Notes: generated by a model from the sequence alone, not told the origin. A DNA stretch of 64,000 nt from Planctomycetota bacterium (GCA_027493525.1 JAOSKN010000002.1:474288-538287); one strand, 5' to 3'; shown: positions 1 to 10,213, counted from the stretch's first letter. Program-made: numbers and translations.

Positions 1-3000
1 GGCCCATCGAGCTTGAGCGCGAGGGGGCTCAGGGCCAGGTCCGCGCGTCCTTCGAGGGGCTCCAGCGCCTGCGCCTGCCGGGCTTCCAGGTCGAGCACGT
101 AGACGCCTCGCTTCGGGAGCGCGAGTTCGATTTCCGAGCCGCGCCCGAGGACGAGGGCCTCCTTGCGCGCGCCCTCGTCGGCCGCGTCGTCCTGGTCGGC
201 GTCGGGGCCGAAGGTGAGCGCGTAGTTGGCGTGCGCGAGGCGCCAGACGGTCGCGCGCCCGGCGAGCGGTTCGTCGGACAGGTTGCAGAGGAGCACCTTC
301 AGCCGCTCGCGCGTGGCGCGCAGGACCAGCGCGGCGTAGCCGGTTCCGAAGCCGTCCCAGGAGACAGCGAAGTTGTGGTTGAGCTTGTTGCGCGTGGCGT
401 ACCCGCCGGTGTAGCAGATCGAAGGGTTGATGATCGCGTACAGGAAGACACGGTCGGTGAAGCACTCCACGTCCGTGTACATGTATCCAAAACGCTGCAG
501 TTCCTCGACGTCGCGCTTCAGGGCCTCGACGAGCGGCTGCTTGTCGCCGGCCCGGTAGAGCGCGAAGGGCCAGCTCTTGCCTTCGGCGAGGAGCGCGTCC
601 TGGACGTCCTCGGGGACGTCCAGCAGGCCGTCCTGGAGCATTTCGGGCAGGTGCGGGCGGACGTTCCCGTAGGTGGACTTCTTCTCGGCCAGGTAGGCGT
701 TGAACGGCGCGACGTGGGCCTTGTCGCCGGTGAGCTGGGCGAGGGCCATGTGGACGCTGGCCTGCCCGCCGTAGCCGCCGGCGAAGGGGGTGGGCTCGCT
801 GGCCTTCACCGCATCGGTGGCGACTTCCACGCTCGTGGCGTACGCGCCGGGCTGCTGGTGCGCGAGCCAGGCGCGGGACCACTCGTCGAGCCATTGCATG
901 ACCTTGGGATGCCGGTTGTAGCGGACGAGTTCCAGCGCGGGGTGCCACATCAACGGGTGCGCGTGGCCGTCGGTATCGGTCTTGCGGTCCATGCGCAGGT
1001 CGGCCGCGCCGCAGTCCTGGGATTTGAAATGCCGGTGGCCGGCGGCGTTGACGACGGTGAGCTTCTCGGTGCTCCGCGCGGCGACGAGGCAGCGGTTGAG
1101 GTAAACCGGATCGCCGTAATGCCACCAGGCCATCAGCGCCTCGTGGTTGATGCCTTCCTCGTAAGCGTGCAGTGGGTCCATGGTGCGGCGGTTGAGTCCG
1201 GCCTCCAGGGTGGAGCGCTCGGCCTCCTCGGCGAGGCGCGCGCCGGCGTCGAGGACCATGGCGCCCACGCCGTCGCGCTCGAACATGGGGAAGGGCGCGA
1301 AGTTCTGGAGCAGGTCGGTGTCGTCGCCGACCTCCCCGCCGAACTCGCCGTTGGGCGTCATGCGCCGTTCGATCCACCACTTCGGGATCTCGCGCGCCTG
1401 CATCCAGGCCTGGTGGGCGAGGACGGCCCACTCGGGCAGGCCGGGCCGCGCGTCGAAGCGCGTGGGATACGGCGGCATCAGTTTTTCCCGTTCCAGGATG
1501 CGCCGGTGGAACCACTGGTGGTACTGCCGGACGACATCGTCCTGGCCGTCCTTGTCGATGGCGCGGCACTGCTCGATGGTCTCTTCGATCTCGCGAACCC
1601 AGGGGACCATGGGGTTTTTCGCGTTGGCGTAGAATTCTTCGCGGTGCTCCTTCCTGCCCCAGCCGTTCCAGGGCCGCGCCTCGCTCATGTTGGCGTAGAA
1701 GCCCTTCAGCAGCAGCTTGCGATAGGCGAGGGCCTCGGCGGCGGCGGCATCGCGCGGCACGGCGTAGGTCTCGAGCTTGAGGTTCGCGAGCGTGGCCGGC
1801 GCGTCGAAGCAGAGGCTGATCCAGAGGCGCGTGCCGGCGGGCGCGAGCTGGTCGGGGAAGTCGCAGACCAGGCGCAGGCGGCCGGCCTTTGAAAGCGCGT
1901 AGTCGGCGCCGTGGAGTTCCAGGCGCGGATTGAGCGGGTCCTGGACGCGCACGCTGAAGGCGAGGGGCGCCCGTTCGCCGGAGACCTCGGCGTCGATCCC
2001 GACTGCGGCCAGCGGGGTTTCAACGGCGAGGGGTTCGCCGAGCAAGTGCACCCAGCGCCCCGCGGGCAGTTCGAGCTTCGCCGCCGCGTCCCCGCCGGCG
2101 CCGAACGTCGCGGCCTTGCGGTCCTCGGGGCCGAAGCGCGCGGCGAGCGCGGCCTTAACGGCAGCGTCCGCCGGCTCCGCGAAGCCGCGCGCCGGTTCGG
2201 CGCGCGGCGCGGGCAAGGTCCCCAAGCCTTTCGAGACCCGATAGAACGAGCAGTCCGCGATCACGCCGTCGGTCACGTCGAAGAAGCTGACCTTTCCGGC
2301 CGGCACGGGCTCCGGGAAGTACGCGCGGGAGGTCTTGGCCTGGCCGGGGAATTCGTGGACGAGCGCGCCGCTGGACGGCTCGTCGTACTTCGCCACGTCG
2401 CGATAGAGCCTGGCCTTGATCCCGCCGCGGACGACGACCGCGTTGAAGCCTCCGGCTCCGGCGAAGGCGATATGCAGCCCGTCGCCCTTGCGGCAAGCGT
2501 AGCCGACGCCGCTGCCGGCGCCGGGCTGGTTGTACTCCCAGTTCCCGCCGTCCCACTTGCCGCTTTTCAGCGTGCCGTCCACGGGATTGCCGATGAAGCC
2601 CCGCACCGCCCGGCAGTCGGCCACGAGGAGCTTGGAGACGACGGCCGGCTCGGCGCCGGGTTCGAGCGGGATCGGCGGGCCGCTTTCCTCGGAGCCGCCC
2701 TCGCGGACGACGGCGAGCTTGCGCAGGAAGAACGTCCCCGTCCCGCTCTCCTCGGTCGTGCCCAGGATCAGGAGCGCTTTCCCGTCGGGGCCGGTCGTGA
2801 AGCGCGTCGAGTAGGGCCGGTAACCGTCGGCCTTCGCGATCCGCAAGTCGTGGGGGACGGACTTCTCGGAGCCGGCGGGGGTGACGCGCGCGCGGACGGT
2901 GCAGGGCGCGCCGGCCTTGGCCTCGGCGCTCAGGCGGTACGCGGCGTTCGGGCGCAGGCGCAGGTCCTGCTGCATGGTCGCGTAGCGGGCGGGGGAGTCG

Positions 3001-3797
3001 ATCTTCACGGCCGGCGCGCCTTCGTCCTCGGCGGCCTGGAAGCGCGTTTCGTCGCCCTTCGAGAAGCTCCAGCCGGCGCGATCCTTGAGGTCCGGGTTGG
3101 CGACGGCGTTGGCGTCTTCGAGATAGGCCCGGCCGAAGCCTTCGGTCCCCGCGTACGGAGCGGCGGGCGGCCAGACGGCAAGGCGCGCGGCCTTGCGATC
3201 GGTGTGGTCCTCGCGTCCGAGCTTCAGTTCGAGCAGGTCGCCGCGCCGGAAGCCGTCCCAGCCCAGGTCGGCGGCGGGGAGCTTCAGTTCGACGGTCCAT
3301 GCATCCACGCCGACGCGGGCCTGCGCTTCCCACGCCGGCTTGAAGGCCTGGCCCGCGCCGCGGCGGCGGCGGTGCTCTTCCTGCGTGCCGATGCTGTTCA
3401 CGATGAACTGATCGAAGTCGAGCGCGTTCGAGGTGACGCGAATCCAGAGTTCGACGCAGTCGTCGGTCCAGACCTGCTCGTTGCGGAGCTTCGCCTCGGC
3501 CTTCAGCTTCGCCGGCTCGGGCTCGCCGCAGGTGACGGCGACGTAGAGGTGCCGGGCGTCGAAGCAGAGGCGCGCTTCGATGGGCTTCGCGGGCGGCTCG
3601 GCGGAATTCGGAACGCTGAAGTTGCGCAGCGGGAGCGCGGCGGCCCAGCAGGCGTCGTCGAGGTTCCCGTCGAGCGCCGGCGGGGTCTCGCAACGGGGCA
3701 GGGTCACCGCGGCGGAATCTCCGGCTGCCGCGCGCGGGGCGCCGAGCGGCAACAGGAAGCTCAGGCAGAGCAAGGCTTTAGATGGCATCCGAGGCAT
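1..3797 (-). CDS. large secreted protein with N-terminal CBM9/DOMON-like carbohydrate-binding domain; C-terminus runs off the window start (more than 1260 aa visible)
   Basis: Reverse-complement translation from ATG (RC of cat 3795-3797) gives a signal peptide MPRMPSKALLCLSFLLPLGAPRAAAGD, then the CBM9-like pattern DGNLDDACWAAA..FDARHLYVAVTCGEPE..DDCVELWI. The frame stays open to position 1 and was spot-checked at 181-300 (KVLLCNLSDEPLAGRATVWRLAHANYALTFGPDADQDD). The ORF track omits it because it has no stop in the window. The long plus-strand ORFs 231..1892 and 1911..4169 are its antisense shadow. Confidence 0.6.
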   Translation of the reverse strand, partial: MPRMPSKALLCLSFLLPLGAPRAAAGDSAAVTLPRCETPPALDGNLDDACWAAALPLRNFSVPNSAEPPAKPIEARLCFDARHLYVAVTCGEPEPAKLKAEAKLRNEQVWTDDCVELWIRVTSNALDFDQFIVNSIGTQEEHRRRRGAGQAFKPAWEAQARVGVDAWTVELKLPAADLGWDGFRRGDLLELKLGREDHTDRKAARLAVWPPAAPYAGTEGFGRAYLEDANAVANPDLKDRAGWSFSKGDETRFQAAEDEGAPAVKIDSPARYATMQQDLRLRPNAAYRLSAEAKAGAPCTVRARVTPAGSEKSVPHDLRIAKADGYRPYSTRFTTGPDGKALLILGTTEESGTGTFFLRKLAVVREGGSEESGPPIPLEPGAEPAVVSKLLVADCRAVRGFIGNPVDGTLKSGKWDGGNWEYNQPGAGSGVGYACRKGDGLHIAFAGAGGFNAVVVRGGIKARLYRDVAKYDEPSSGALVHEFPGQAKTSRAYFPEPVPAGKVSFFDVTDGVIADCSFYRVSKGLGTLPAPRAEPARGFAEPADAAVKAALAARFGPEDRKAATFGAGGDAAAKLELPAGRWVHLLGEPLAVETPLAAVGIDAEVSGERAPLAFSVRVQDPLNPRLELHGADYALSKAGRLRLVCDFPDQLAPAGTRLWISLCFDAPATLANLKLETYAVPRDAAAAEALAYRKLLLKGFYANMSEARPWNGWGRKEHREEFYANAKNPMVPWVREIEETIEQCRAIDKDGQDDVVRQYHQWFHRRILEREKLMPPYPTRFDARPGLPEWAVLAHQAWMQAREIPKWWIERRMTPNGEFGGEVGDDTDLLQNFAPFPMFERDGVGAMVLDAGARLAEEAERSTLEAGLNRRTMDPLHAYEEGINHEALMAWWHYGDPVYLNRCLVAARSTEKLTVVNAAGHRHFKSQDCGAADLRMDRKTDTDGHAHPLMWHPALELVRYNRHPKVMQWLDEWSRAWLAHQQPGAYATSVEVATDAVKASEPTPFAGGYGGQASVHMALAQLTGDKAHVAPFNAYLAEKKSTYGNVRPHLPEMLQDGLLDVPEDVQDALLAEGKSWPFALYRAGDKQPLVEALKRDVEELQRFGYMYTDVECFTDRVFLYAIINPSICYTGGYATRNKLNHNFAVSWDGFGTGYAALVLRATRERLKVLLCNLSDEPLAGRATVWRLAHANYALTFGPDADQDDAADEGARKEALVLGRGSEIELALPKRGVYVLDLEARQAQALEPLEGRADLALSPLALKLDG

Positions 3798-3922
3798 CCC
3801 CCTGTAACGCGAAACAGGTTTACATCAAAGCGTTACCCTTATACACCGCCCGCGACGGCTCGGCGCGCGCTCCTGCCTGAGAGGCATACTCGGCCCGTAA
3901 TCCTTCGATTAGCATACGGACC

Positions 3923-4717
3923 ATGCACAAGCCGGAGTTCACGTGGTGGCCCTGGCGGGTCTGGGCCTTGGGCGTGCCGATCCTCGCGGCGGCGGGGGCG
4001 CTGGCCGCGGCGACGGCGGAGGTGCCCGGGAGGAAGCCGGAACTGGTGGGCTGGGCGGTGCTGCTGGTGCTCTTCGGCGCGGGGAACGGGCTGCTGCTGG
4101 GCGCGGCGATCGGTGATTTCGGGCGGGCGCTGCTCTCGACGGCTTTACCCGCGGCGGCGGCGATCCTGAGCGTTGAACTCCTGGGCGGGTTCTCGTTCGC
4201 CTTCGGGCTCCCGCTGACGGTGCTGGCGCTGGGGGCAAGCCTGTCGATGGACGCGAGCGCGCGCTCGGCGATCGACGCGGCCATCTACTGCCTGGTCAAC
4301 CTGCTCGTCGGCGCGGCTGCGGGGTTCCTGCTTTTCGGCGTCACGATGATCTTCACGGAACTCTTCCTGGCCCGGATTGGACTTGGCGATGCGGGGGTCG
4401 CCGTCGGGGCGGTGGCGGGGCTGACGCTGGGCAACGTGATCTTCGTGGCGCGGGTCTTCCGGGCCGCCTACCGGGTGGAATCGGAGCGTGAAATCGTCGA
4501 GCCGCCCGAGCCGGCCCCCGTGGACACGCGGCGCGCCAACATGACCCGGCTGCTGACCCGCGTGGCGCTCGTGCGCCAGGGGGATCCGGTCGCGCCGAAG
4601 GTTCGGCGCCGCGAGCCGCGTAGTCTCGTGGGGGCCGTGCAGGCTCGCGGCTTGCGCGAAGTACGGCGCAAGAAGCTGCGCGCGGTCCGGCGGCGGTTGA
4701 TGCGCGGAAGGCGCTGA
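3923..4717 (+). CDS. hypothetical polytopic membrane protein
   Basis: 264-aa ORF with 5-6 hydrophobic helices (WALGVPILAAAGALAAA, LVGWAVLLVLFGAGNGLLLGAAIG, etc.). It does not overlap any other real gene and the opposite strand shows only low-complexity ORFs. Confidence 0.5.
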   Translation: MHKPEFTWWPWRVWALGVPILAAAGALAAATAEVPGRKPELVGWAVLLVLFGAGNGLLLGAAIGDFGRALLSTALPAAAAILSVELLGGFSFAFGLPLTVLALGASLSMDASARSAIDAAIYCLVNLLVGAAAGFLLFGVTMIFTELFLARIGLGDAGVAVGAVAGLTLGNVIFVARVFRAAYRVESEREIVEPPEPAPVDTRRANMTRLLTRVALVRQGDPVAPKVRRREPRSLVGAVQARGLREVRRKKLRAVRRRLMRGRR

Positions 4718-4724
4718 ACGCGGA

Positions 4725-6125
4725 TCAGTATTTCACGAAATCGCCCTTGGCCTCGTGCCAGGCCTTCAGCCGCGCGTGCAGGTCTCGCTGGAGGCCGGCG
4801 AGTCCGGGTTCGCCGGCGCGGTTGGCCAGTTCCAGCGGGTCGTCGAGGACATGGTACAGCTCGGCCCGGTCGCAGGGGTCGTAGATGTACTTCCAGGGGC
4901 CCAGCACGATCATGCGGCGCAGGTCGCCGATGCCGCCGCAGCCGGAGAACTGCCCGAAGACCGGTTCCTCCGCCGCGAGGCGCCCCGCGCGGCAGTCGGC
5001 GTAGAGCGAGCGCGCATGCAGCCCTTCGGGCGCCTTCTGGCCCAAGGCCTCCAGCAGGGTCGGCATCACGTGGAGGTGGCTGACGGGGCCGTCGATGACG
5101 GACGGCGCGACGCCCGGCAGGCGCAGGAAGAGCGGGACGCGCGCGGCCGGTTCGTACATTTCCATCTTTTGATACTTCGCGTGCTGGCCCAGGTGGTCGC
5201 CGTGGTCGGACATGAAAGCCAGCGCGGTCCGGTCGTCCACGCCGAGATCCCGCACCTTCGCCCAGAGCCGGCCGATGAGGGCGTCGGCCATGTGGACCAG
5301 ATCGAGATGCGCGCCCCAGACTTCGCGCCACTGCTCGAGCGGTACGCCGGCGCCGAGTTGCCCGGCCACGCCCTTGCGCCGGTTGGCCGGCTCGCCCGGG
5401 CCCTCGAGGCCCACGTTGGGCGGCAGGTCGAGGCGCGCGCGGTCGAACTTCCGCCACCATGAATGCGGCACCCAGAGCGGCGGGTGCGGGGCCCAGATGT
5501 TCACGAAGAGCGCGAAGGGCTTCTCGCGTTCGGCGCGGCGCGATTCGAGGTACGCCAGGGCCTGCTCGACGATCCAGAGGTCCTTGAAGTGGGCCTCGTC
5601 GTTGGGCCATTCGGCCGTGCGCACGAAACTCAAGTGCGTCGGATTGGGCTGGCCCTCAAAGCGGGTTTCGAGAATGGGGCGCTTGAAGCCCTCCATGTCG
5701 TCGGCCGGCCAGTTGGCCAGGCCGCGCTCCTTTAAATGCCGGCCGTGGTCCTGGTCGGTGAGCCACAGGCTGAACTTGACCCGCTCATGGAGCTTGGGCG
5801 CGGTGGTGACGTGCTGCATGCCGGCATGGGCGAGGTCGTAGCCGGCCTCGGCGAGATGCTGGTGCAGGGGCTTGCCCTCGCGGGCGGTCGTGCCGGCCCA
5901 TTCGTTCCAGGTGACGCCGGTCGTGGTGGGATAGAGGCCCGTGGCCAGCGCGGTGCGCGCGGGCGCGCAGAGCGGGCAGGTGGTGTAGGCGCGCGTGAAG
6001 TTGACGCTCTCTCGCGCGAGCCGGTTCAGATGGGGCGTGACCTCGATGCCGGCTTGCGTCATGAACAGGCTGTCGGCGCGCTGGTGGTCGGTGGTGACAA
6101 AGAGCAGGTTCGGGCTCGTGGGCAT
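4725..6125 (-). CDS. sulfatase (arylsulfatase/formylglycine-dependent family)
   Basis: From ATG (RC 6123-6125) the protein reads MPTSPNLLFVTTDHQRADS..., a typical sulfatase N-terminus. The formylglycine signature C-x-P-x-R-x-x-x-L-x-T-G is present (TTCPLCAPARTALATG), and SDHGDHLGQH fits the metal-binding region. The track ORF 4725..6992 is this gene plus a spurious Arg-rich upstream extension. Confidence 0.85.
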   Translation of the reverse strand: MPTSPNLLFVTTDHQRADSLFMTQAGIEVTPHLNRLARESVNFTRAYTTCPLCAPARTALATGLYPTTTGVTWNEWAGTTAREGKPLHQHLAEAGYDLAHAGMQHVTTAPKLHERVKFSLWLTDQDHGRHLKERGLANWPADDMEGFKRPILETRFEGQPNPTHLSFVRTAEWPNDEAHFKDLWIVEQALAYLESRRAEREKPFALFVNIWAPHPPLWVPHSWWRKFDRARLDLPPNVGLEGPGEPANRRKGVAGQLGAGVPLEQWREVWGAHLDLVHMADALIGRLWAKVRDLGVDDRTALAFMSDHGDHLGQHAKYQKMEMYEPAARVPLFLRLPGVAPSVIDGPVSHLHVMPTLLEALGQKAPEGLHARSLYADCRAGRLAAEEPVFGQFSGCGGIGDLRRMIVLGPWKYIYDPCDRAELYHVLDDPLELANRAGEPGLAGLQRDLHARLKAWHEAKGDFVKY

Positions 6126-6184
6126 ACGGGGCAATGCTCCTTGGAACGGCGCGACGGAGGGCGAAGGCGGCGGCGACTGCCGTG

Positions 6185-7564
6185 CTACCTCCGAGTCAGG
6201 GCAAGTTCGGCTTCGCGCGGGAGGCCCATGCCCAGACAATACTCGTAGATGGCGACTTTGTCCTGGCTGTAGGCTTGCGCGACGCTGAAGAACTGCGCGG
6301 CCGGGAGGCCCTCCCATGGCAGCGGGAAGCGATTGCCCTGGAGGTTGACGACGAGCGCTTTTTCGTCGGCGCCGACGACCTGGACTTTGTCCACCTTGCC
6401 AAGGACTTCGACGTAGACGTATTCGCGGCGTCCCTGGCCGGCCTGCGCGATCACCGCGGACTTCAATTCGCCGAAGCGTTCCTTGGCCTTGGCCTGCTGT
6501 TCGGGGCTGGGCCCGGCGGGCTTGGGCGGCGCGGCCGCGACGACGGCTTCCGGCTTCGAAGCGCCGGATCCAACGGCGGCCGGTTTCGATGCAACGGCCG
6601 CCTGCGGGGCCTTGAGCATGGGTCCGATGTACGAGGTCGCCACGACCACGTCGTCGTACCACTTCTTGTTCAGGCGCGGGCTCCTGCCGATGTGGAGTCC
6701 GAAGCCGCAGCCGTCGATCTTGAGCGAATCGATGTCGCGCAGGCGCAGGTTCGGGAAATCGCCCGTCAGCTTGCCGTCGGCCCAGAAAGCGATCCGGCCG
6801 TCGCGCTTGCCGACCGTATTGGCCTTGACCATCAATTCGTAGCAGTACCAGCGGTCGAGTTCGGGGATGAATTTCGGCCGGGAGACGAACTGCGGGCCGA
6901 AGATCGCATTGCGCCCGCCGTTGTAAGGCGTGACGGTTCCGTCGGAATGGAAGTGGTCGCCAAAGTTGCTGCGCATCTCGGGATGGTAGCAATAGATGTT
7001 CAGGAAACCGGGTTTCTGGGTCTCCTCCTCGCCGCGCCAGTTCTCGAGGCCGACGTGGAACTTGTTCTTGCCGTCGGCGCGCTGCCCCGGCGTGGCTCTG
7101 CCGTTATTGTAGTAATGGGCATTGATGTGCCCGCCGTTATGACTGGACCCGACTTGGTCGAAATTGGGGTCGAACTTCGAGTACCAGCGCATGAACAGGA
7201 TGTCGCGTTCTTCGGTGAAGACCTTGAGGATGGCGACGGAAAGCTCGCTGTCGCGCACCGGGACGGAGCACTCGACGGCCCGCCGGCCCGCGTGCCGGTT
7301 TTCAGGCTCCTCGGCGATGCGCATGTGCTGGTCGTTGTGGACGCGGTCCCAGGTCTTGCGCAGGTCGGCGGGGCTGGAGCAGCTTTCGAAGTCGTCGTGC
7401 ACCAGGACGGCCGGGTCGTTGGCGATGCCCAGATCGCCGGGAAACTTCGCGGCGATGCCGGTATGGCCTTCGGGGAGCGGCGCAACGGGATCGGCGTTTT
7501 CGCCGGCCGTAGCGCCGGCGAGGACGGACGAGGCCAGGATCGGGATCAGGATCGCGAACCTCAT
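6185..7564 (-). CDS. secreted hypothetical protein, beta-jelly-roll/polysaccharide-lyase-like
   Basis: Signal peptide MRFAILIPILASSVLAGATAG. The protein-like core has many aromatic residues (GGHINAHYYNNG, WYCYELMV, KKWYDDVVVATSYIGP). It lies in the same minus-strand operon as the sulfatase. Confidence 0.65.
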   Translation of the reverse strand: MRFAILIPILASSVLAGATAGENADPVAPLPEGHTGIAAKFPGDLGIANDPAVLVHDDFESCSSPADLRKTWDRVHNDQHMRIAEEPENRHAGRRAVECSVPVRDSELSVAILKVFTEERDILFMRWYSKFDPNFDQVGSSHNGGHINAHYYNNGRATPGQRADGKNKFHVGLENWRGEEETQKPGFLNIYCYHPEMRSNFGDHFHSDGTVTPYNGGRNAIFGPQFVSRPKFIPELDRWYCYELMVKANTVGKRDGRIAFWADGKLTGDFPNLRLRDIDSLKIDGCGFGLHIGRSPRLNKKWYDDVVVATSYIGPMLKAPQAAVASKPAAVGSGASKPEAVVAAAPPKPAGPSPEQQAKAKERFGELKSAVIAQAGQGRREYVYVEVLGKVDKVQVVGADEKALVVNLQGNRFPLPWEGLPAAQFFSVAQAYSQDKVAIYEYCLGMGLPREAELALTRR

Positions 7565-7591
7565 GTCGCGCGCTCCGCGGCGCCGCCTGGG

Positions 7592-10156
7592 TCAGGGTTC
7601 GACCTGGATGGCAAAGCTCAGCTTGTCTTCGCCAAGCCGCTCGACCGATTTGCCGGCGACCTTGTCGTTGCCCCAACTGAGGGCGCTCACGTCGAACTTG
7701 AGGACTTCCTTGTCGAGGGCCGCGGCGAGGGTGACGTCGAAACTGCCCGCGGCGTCGGGCGTGCCGGAGAGCAGGCCGGTCTTGGGATCGACCTTGAGCC
7801 AGGCGGGGGCCTTTTCGAGCGCGAAGGCCGGCGATTCGATGTCATGGAACCCCAACCCAACGCCGCCTCGTGAGCGCAGGTCGCCGATGGAGCGGATCGC
7901 GCCGGCCTGGAAGCTGTAGGCCTGCCCCAGCTTGGCCTTGGCCGGAGGCGCGCCGTAGATGAAGGCGCGCGGCGCGTTCGCGTAGTCGGAGGCCGTGCTG
8001 CGGCGGCCCTTCTCGTCCACCGCCACGACGCGGTAGTGGGCCTTGTTGGCGTTGGGCAGGTCGAGGTTCCTGCCGACGACGACCAGTTCCAGCGCCTCGG
8101 TTTCGGCGACGAAGTTGGCGGGGAAGGTCGAAGGGAGGTCCTTGGCCTTGCCGACGGTGACCTTGAGCGGCGCGTCGCTGGCGGTGAAGCCTTTCTCGTC
8201 GCTGCCGTAGACGCGGTATTTGACCGCCTTGCTGCCGGCGGGGTTGGGCTTCCAGCGCAGCGTGCCGGCGCTTTGGGCCGCGTCGAAGTTGAGGGTCACG
8301 TCGAGGGGCACGGCCGGGGCGACGACCTTGAAGGACCAGGTCTTGCTCCAGGGGCCCCAGGCGCCCTTGTCGTCCTTTGCGCGCACGCGCCAGTAGTAGG
8401 TGTGCTGAGGGGCGAGATGCCCGGCCTCGTCCACCGTGAACTGCGCCTTGCCACGGTCGGAGGTGAGGGAGACCAGGCGCGTGAAACTGGACGAGTAGGG
8501 CCAGCGCATGTCGGGGCGTCCGGAGAGTTCGAAGTGATAATCGGCGATCTTGTCGCCGTCCGGGTCCGCGGCCGGCTTCCACTTGAAGACCAGATGCGAT
8601 CCGACGTCCTCGGCGCCGTCGGCCGGTTCGAGCGCCGCTTCGGGCGCGGCCGGCGGCTTGGTGGCGGAGCGCTCGACCCATTCGTGCGTGATGCGGACCT
8701 TGCGTTCGCCCTGGGTCTCGTCGGAGTAGGTGAAGGGATTGGAGCCGACGCGCATGCCGGGCAGGGCCAGCGGGGCCATCTGCAGGTCGTTGACGATGGC
8801 CAGCTTGGCCAGTTTCGCGCCGGCGGGGAGTTCGCAGCGAAGCTGGTACTCGTAGACCGCCGCGCCCTTGGCCGGGAAGAGCGCGTCGAGTTCGCCGGTG
8901 ACGGGCTGCCAGGCCTTGCCGTCCACGCTGGCGGAGAACTTCGCGCCCTGCCCTTCGGCCTCCAGGCGCCCGCCGACGAGGACGTACGGGCAGGCGATCT
9001 TCCAGACCACGACGCCCGTCTTGCCTTCCTCGGGGCTAAGCCCGCCGGCGCCGGACTGCACGCCCTCGATGGAGGCCGCGCCCTTCTTCCAGGTCTCCTT
9101 GGCGAAGTCGGGGCGGTACTCCCAGAGCCCGTTGCAGACGGTGTCCTTGAACTTGGGCACGCTCGGGCCGTGGAACTTGAGCGGTTCGAGCCGGCCCCAG
9201 CGCCAGACGAGGGCTTCGTTGGGGCGCAGGACCATGTTCATGGTGTGCTTGTCGCTGCCGTTGCGCGTGCCGCTGGGTTCGCCTTCGTAGACGTACAGGG
9301 CCGCTTCGAACTCGTTGCCGCCGCGGGCGTCGCCGCGCAGGATACCCTGGGTGTGCGCGCGCTTGATCAGGTCGTGGTCGCGGACAAGGTCCTGCTCGCT
9401 GGCGAAGGTCTTTCCGTCCCGGAGCAGGTACTGGCTCTGCATGTCTCCGTCGAGCAGGTGCCAGGCGTTGTCGTAGAAGACCTGGCTGATGCAATGCCCG
9501 ACGGTGTGCGCGGGCGTGACCTTGAGGCCCGCGCGGCTCCAGAGCACGGCCATGCAGATCGAGTCGTTCCCGCAGGTGTTGTAGCCGTAGACGTTGTAGA
9601 CCTTGACCGGGTCCATGACCTCCTTGTTGTCGGAAGGGTTGTGCCAGCGGTAGGAGATCCCGAGGCGATACAGGGCCATGGCCTTCTCGGCGTCGCTCAT
9701 CCCGGCCTCCGTCGCCGTGGCGATGATCTCGGGGGTGGAGCGGAGCAGGTTGCGGCCGTTGGAAAGCCAGGGGTTCACGACGTCGGTTTCGCCCACGTTC
9801 TCCAGGCGCACGCCGCGGTTCGATTCCCAGGTCTGCTGGAAGGCTTCGTAGGTCCCGATCGGTCCGCGGCAGGTGTCCCCGTCAAGCGTCCCGCCTTGCT
9901 CGACCTTGTACTCGTGCTTCCGTGCGGCGACCTCTTCGCTGTGCCGCTTCGGCGCGTCGGTGGGGTGCGTATTCGTCGCCCATGGCAGCAGGCCCGAGCC
10001 CGAAGAGGATTCGGCGCGGGCCCACCGGGCGCCGGCGCAGCCGATCAGGAGGAGCAGGAATACGAAGGTCAGGCTTCTGGGCTCGTGCATGCGCTTGGTC
10101 CTCGAAACGAGGTTGGGCTGGCGGACGCGATCTTCCTGCAACCTACTACACCGCAT
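7592..10156 (-). CDS. secreted transglutaminase-like cysteine protease domain protein with Fn3-like and putative Ig-like (PF05345-like) domains
   Basis: Signal peptide after the second Met (MHEPRSLTFVFLLLLIGCAGARWARA; alternative start near 10090). A Cys/His/Asp core like transglutaminase-like enzymes (GYNTCGNDSICMAV...VGHCISQVFYDNAWHLLDGD). An Fn3-like block YYWRVRAKDDKGAWGPWSKTWSFKV. A C-terminal LKVDPKTGLLSGTPDAAGSFDVTLAA putative Ig motif. Confidence 0.7.
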   Translation of the reverse strand: MRCSRLQEDRVRQPNLVSRTKRMHEPRSLTFVFLLLLIGCAGARWARAESSSGSGLLPWATNTHPTDAPKRHSEEVAARKHEYKVEQGGTLDGDTCRGPIGTYEAFQQTWESNRGVRLENVGETDVVNPWLSNGRNLLRSTPEIIATATEAGMSDAEKAMALYRLGISYRWHNPSDNKEVMDPVKVYNVYGYNTCGNDSICMAVLWSRAGLKVTPAHTVGHCISQVFYDNAWHLLDGDMQSQYLLRDGKTFASEQDLVRDHDLIKRAHTQGILRGDARGGNEFEAALYVYEGEPSGTRNGSDKHTMNMVLRPNEALVWRWGRLEPLKFHGPSVPKFKDTVCNGLWEYRPDFAKETWKKGAASIEGVQSGAGGLSPEEGKTGVVVWKIACPYVLVGGRLEAEGQGAKFSASVDGKAWQPVTGELDALFPAKGAAVYEYQLRCELPAGAKLAKLAIVNDLQMAPLALPGMRVGSNPFTYSDETQGERKVRITHEWVERSATKPPAAPEAALEPADGAEDVGSHLVFKWKPAADPDGDKIADYHFELSGRPDMRWPYSSSFTRLVSLTSDRGKAQFTVDEAGHLAPQHTYYWRVRAKDDKGAWGPWSKTWSFKVVAPAVPLDVTLNFDAAQSAGTLRWKPNPAGSKAVKYRVYGSDEKGFTASDAPLKVTVGKAKDLPSTFPANFVAETEALELVVVGRNLDLPNANKAHYRVVAVDEKGRRSTASDYANAPRAFIYGAPPAKAKLGQAYSFQAGAIRSIGDLRSRGGVGLGFHDIESPAFALEKAPAWLKVDPKTGLLSGTPDAAGSFDVTLAAALDKEVLKFDVSALSWGNDKVAGKSVERLGEDKLSFAIQVEP

Positions 10157-10213
10157 GGAGTTGCTAATTCTCCGAATCGGATTGACCTTTCTTTGGTTGC
10201 GAGGGTCCGCCGG

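Noticed and set aside
2155-3693. Minus-strand 512-aa Arg-rich ORF
   Set aside because: About 30% Arg and Pro/Gly repeats. It is an alternative frame of the CBM9 gene, not a protein.
231-4169. Long plus-strand ORFs 231..1892 (553 aa) and 1911..4169 (752 aa)
   Set aside because: Their translations are G/V/L/E/R-rich low-information sequence typical of the open antisense frame of a high-GC gene. The minus strand carries a protein-like ORF with a signal peptide and a CBM9-like domain across the same span.
4725-6992. Full 755-aa extent of the sulfatase ORF
   Set aside because: The sulfatase fold starts at MPTSPNLLFVTTDH (6125). The upstream 290 codons are Arg-rich junk that overlaps the upstream gene's 3' end.
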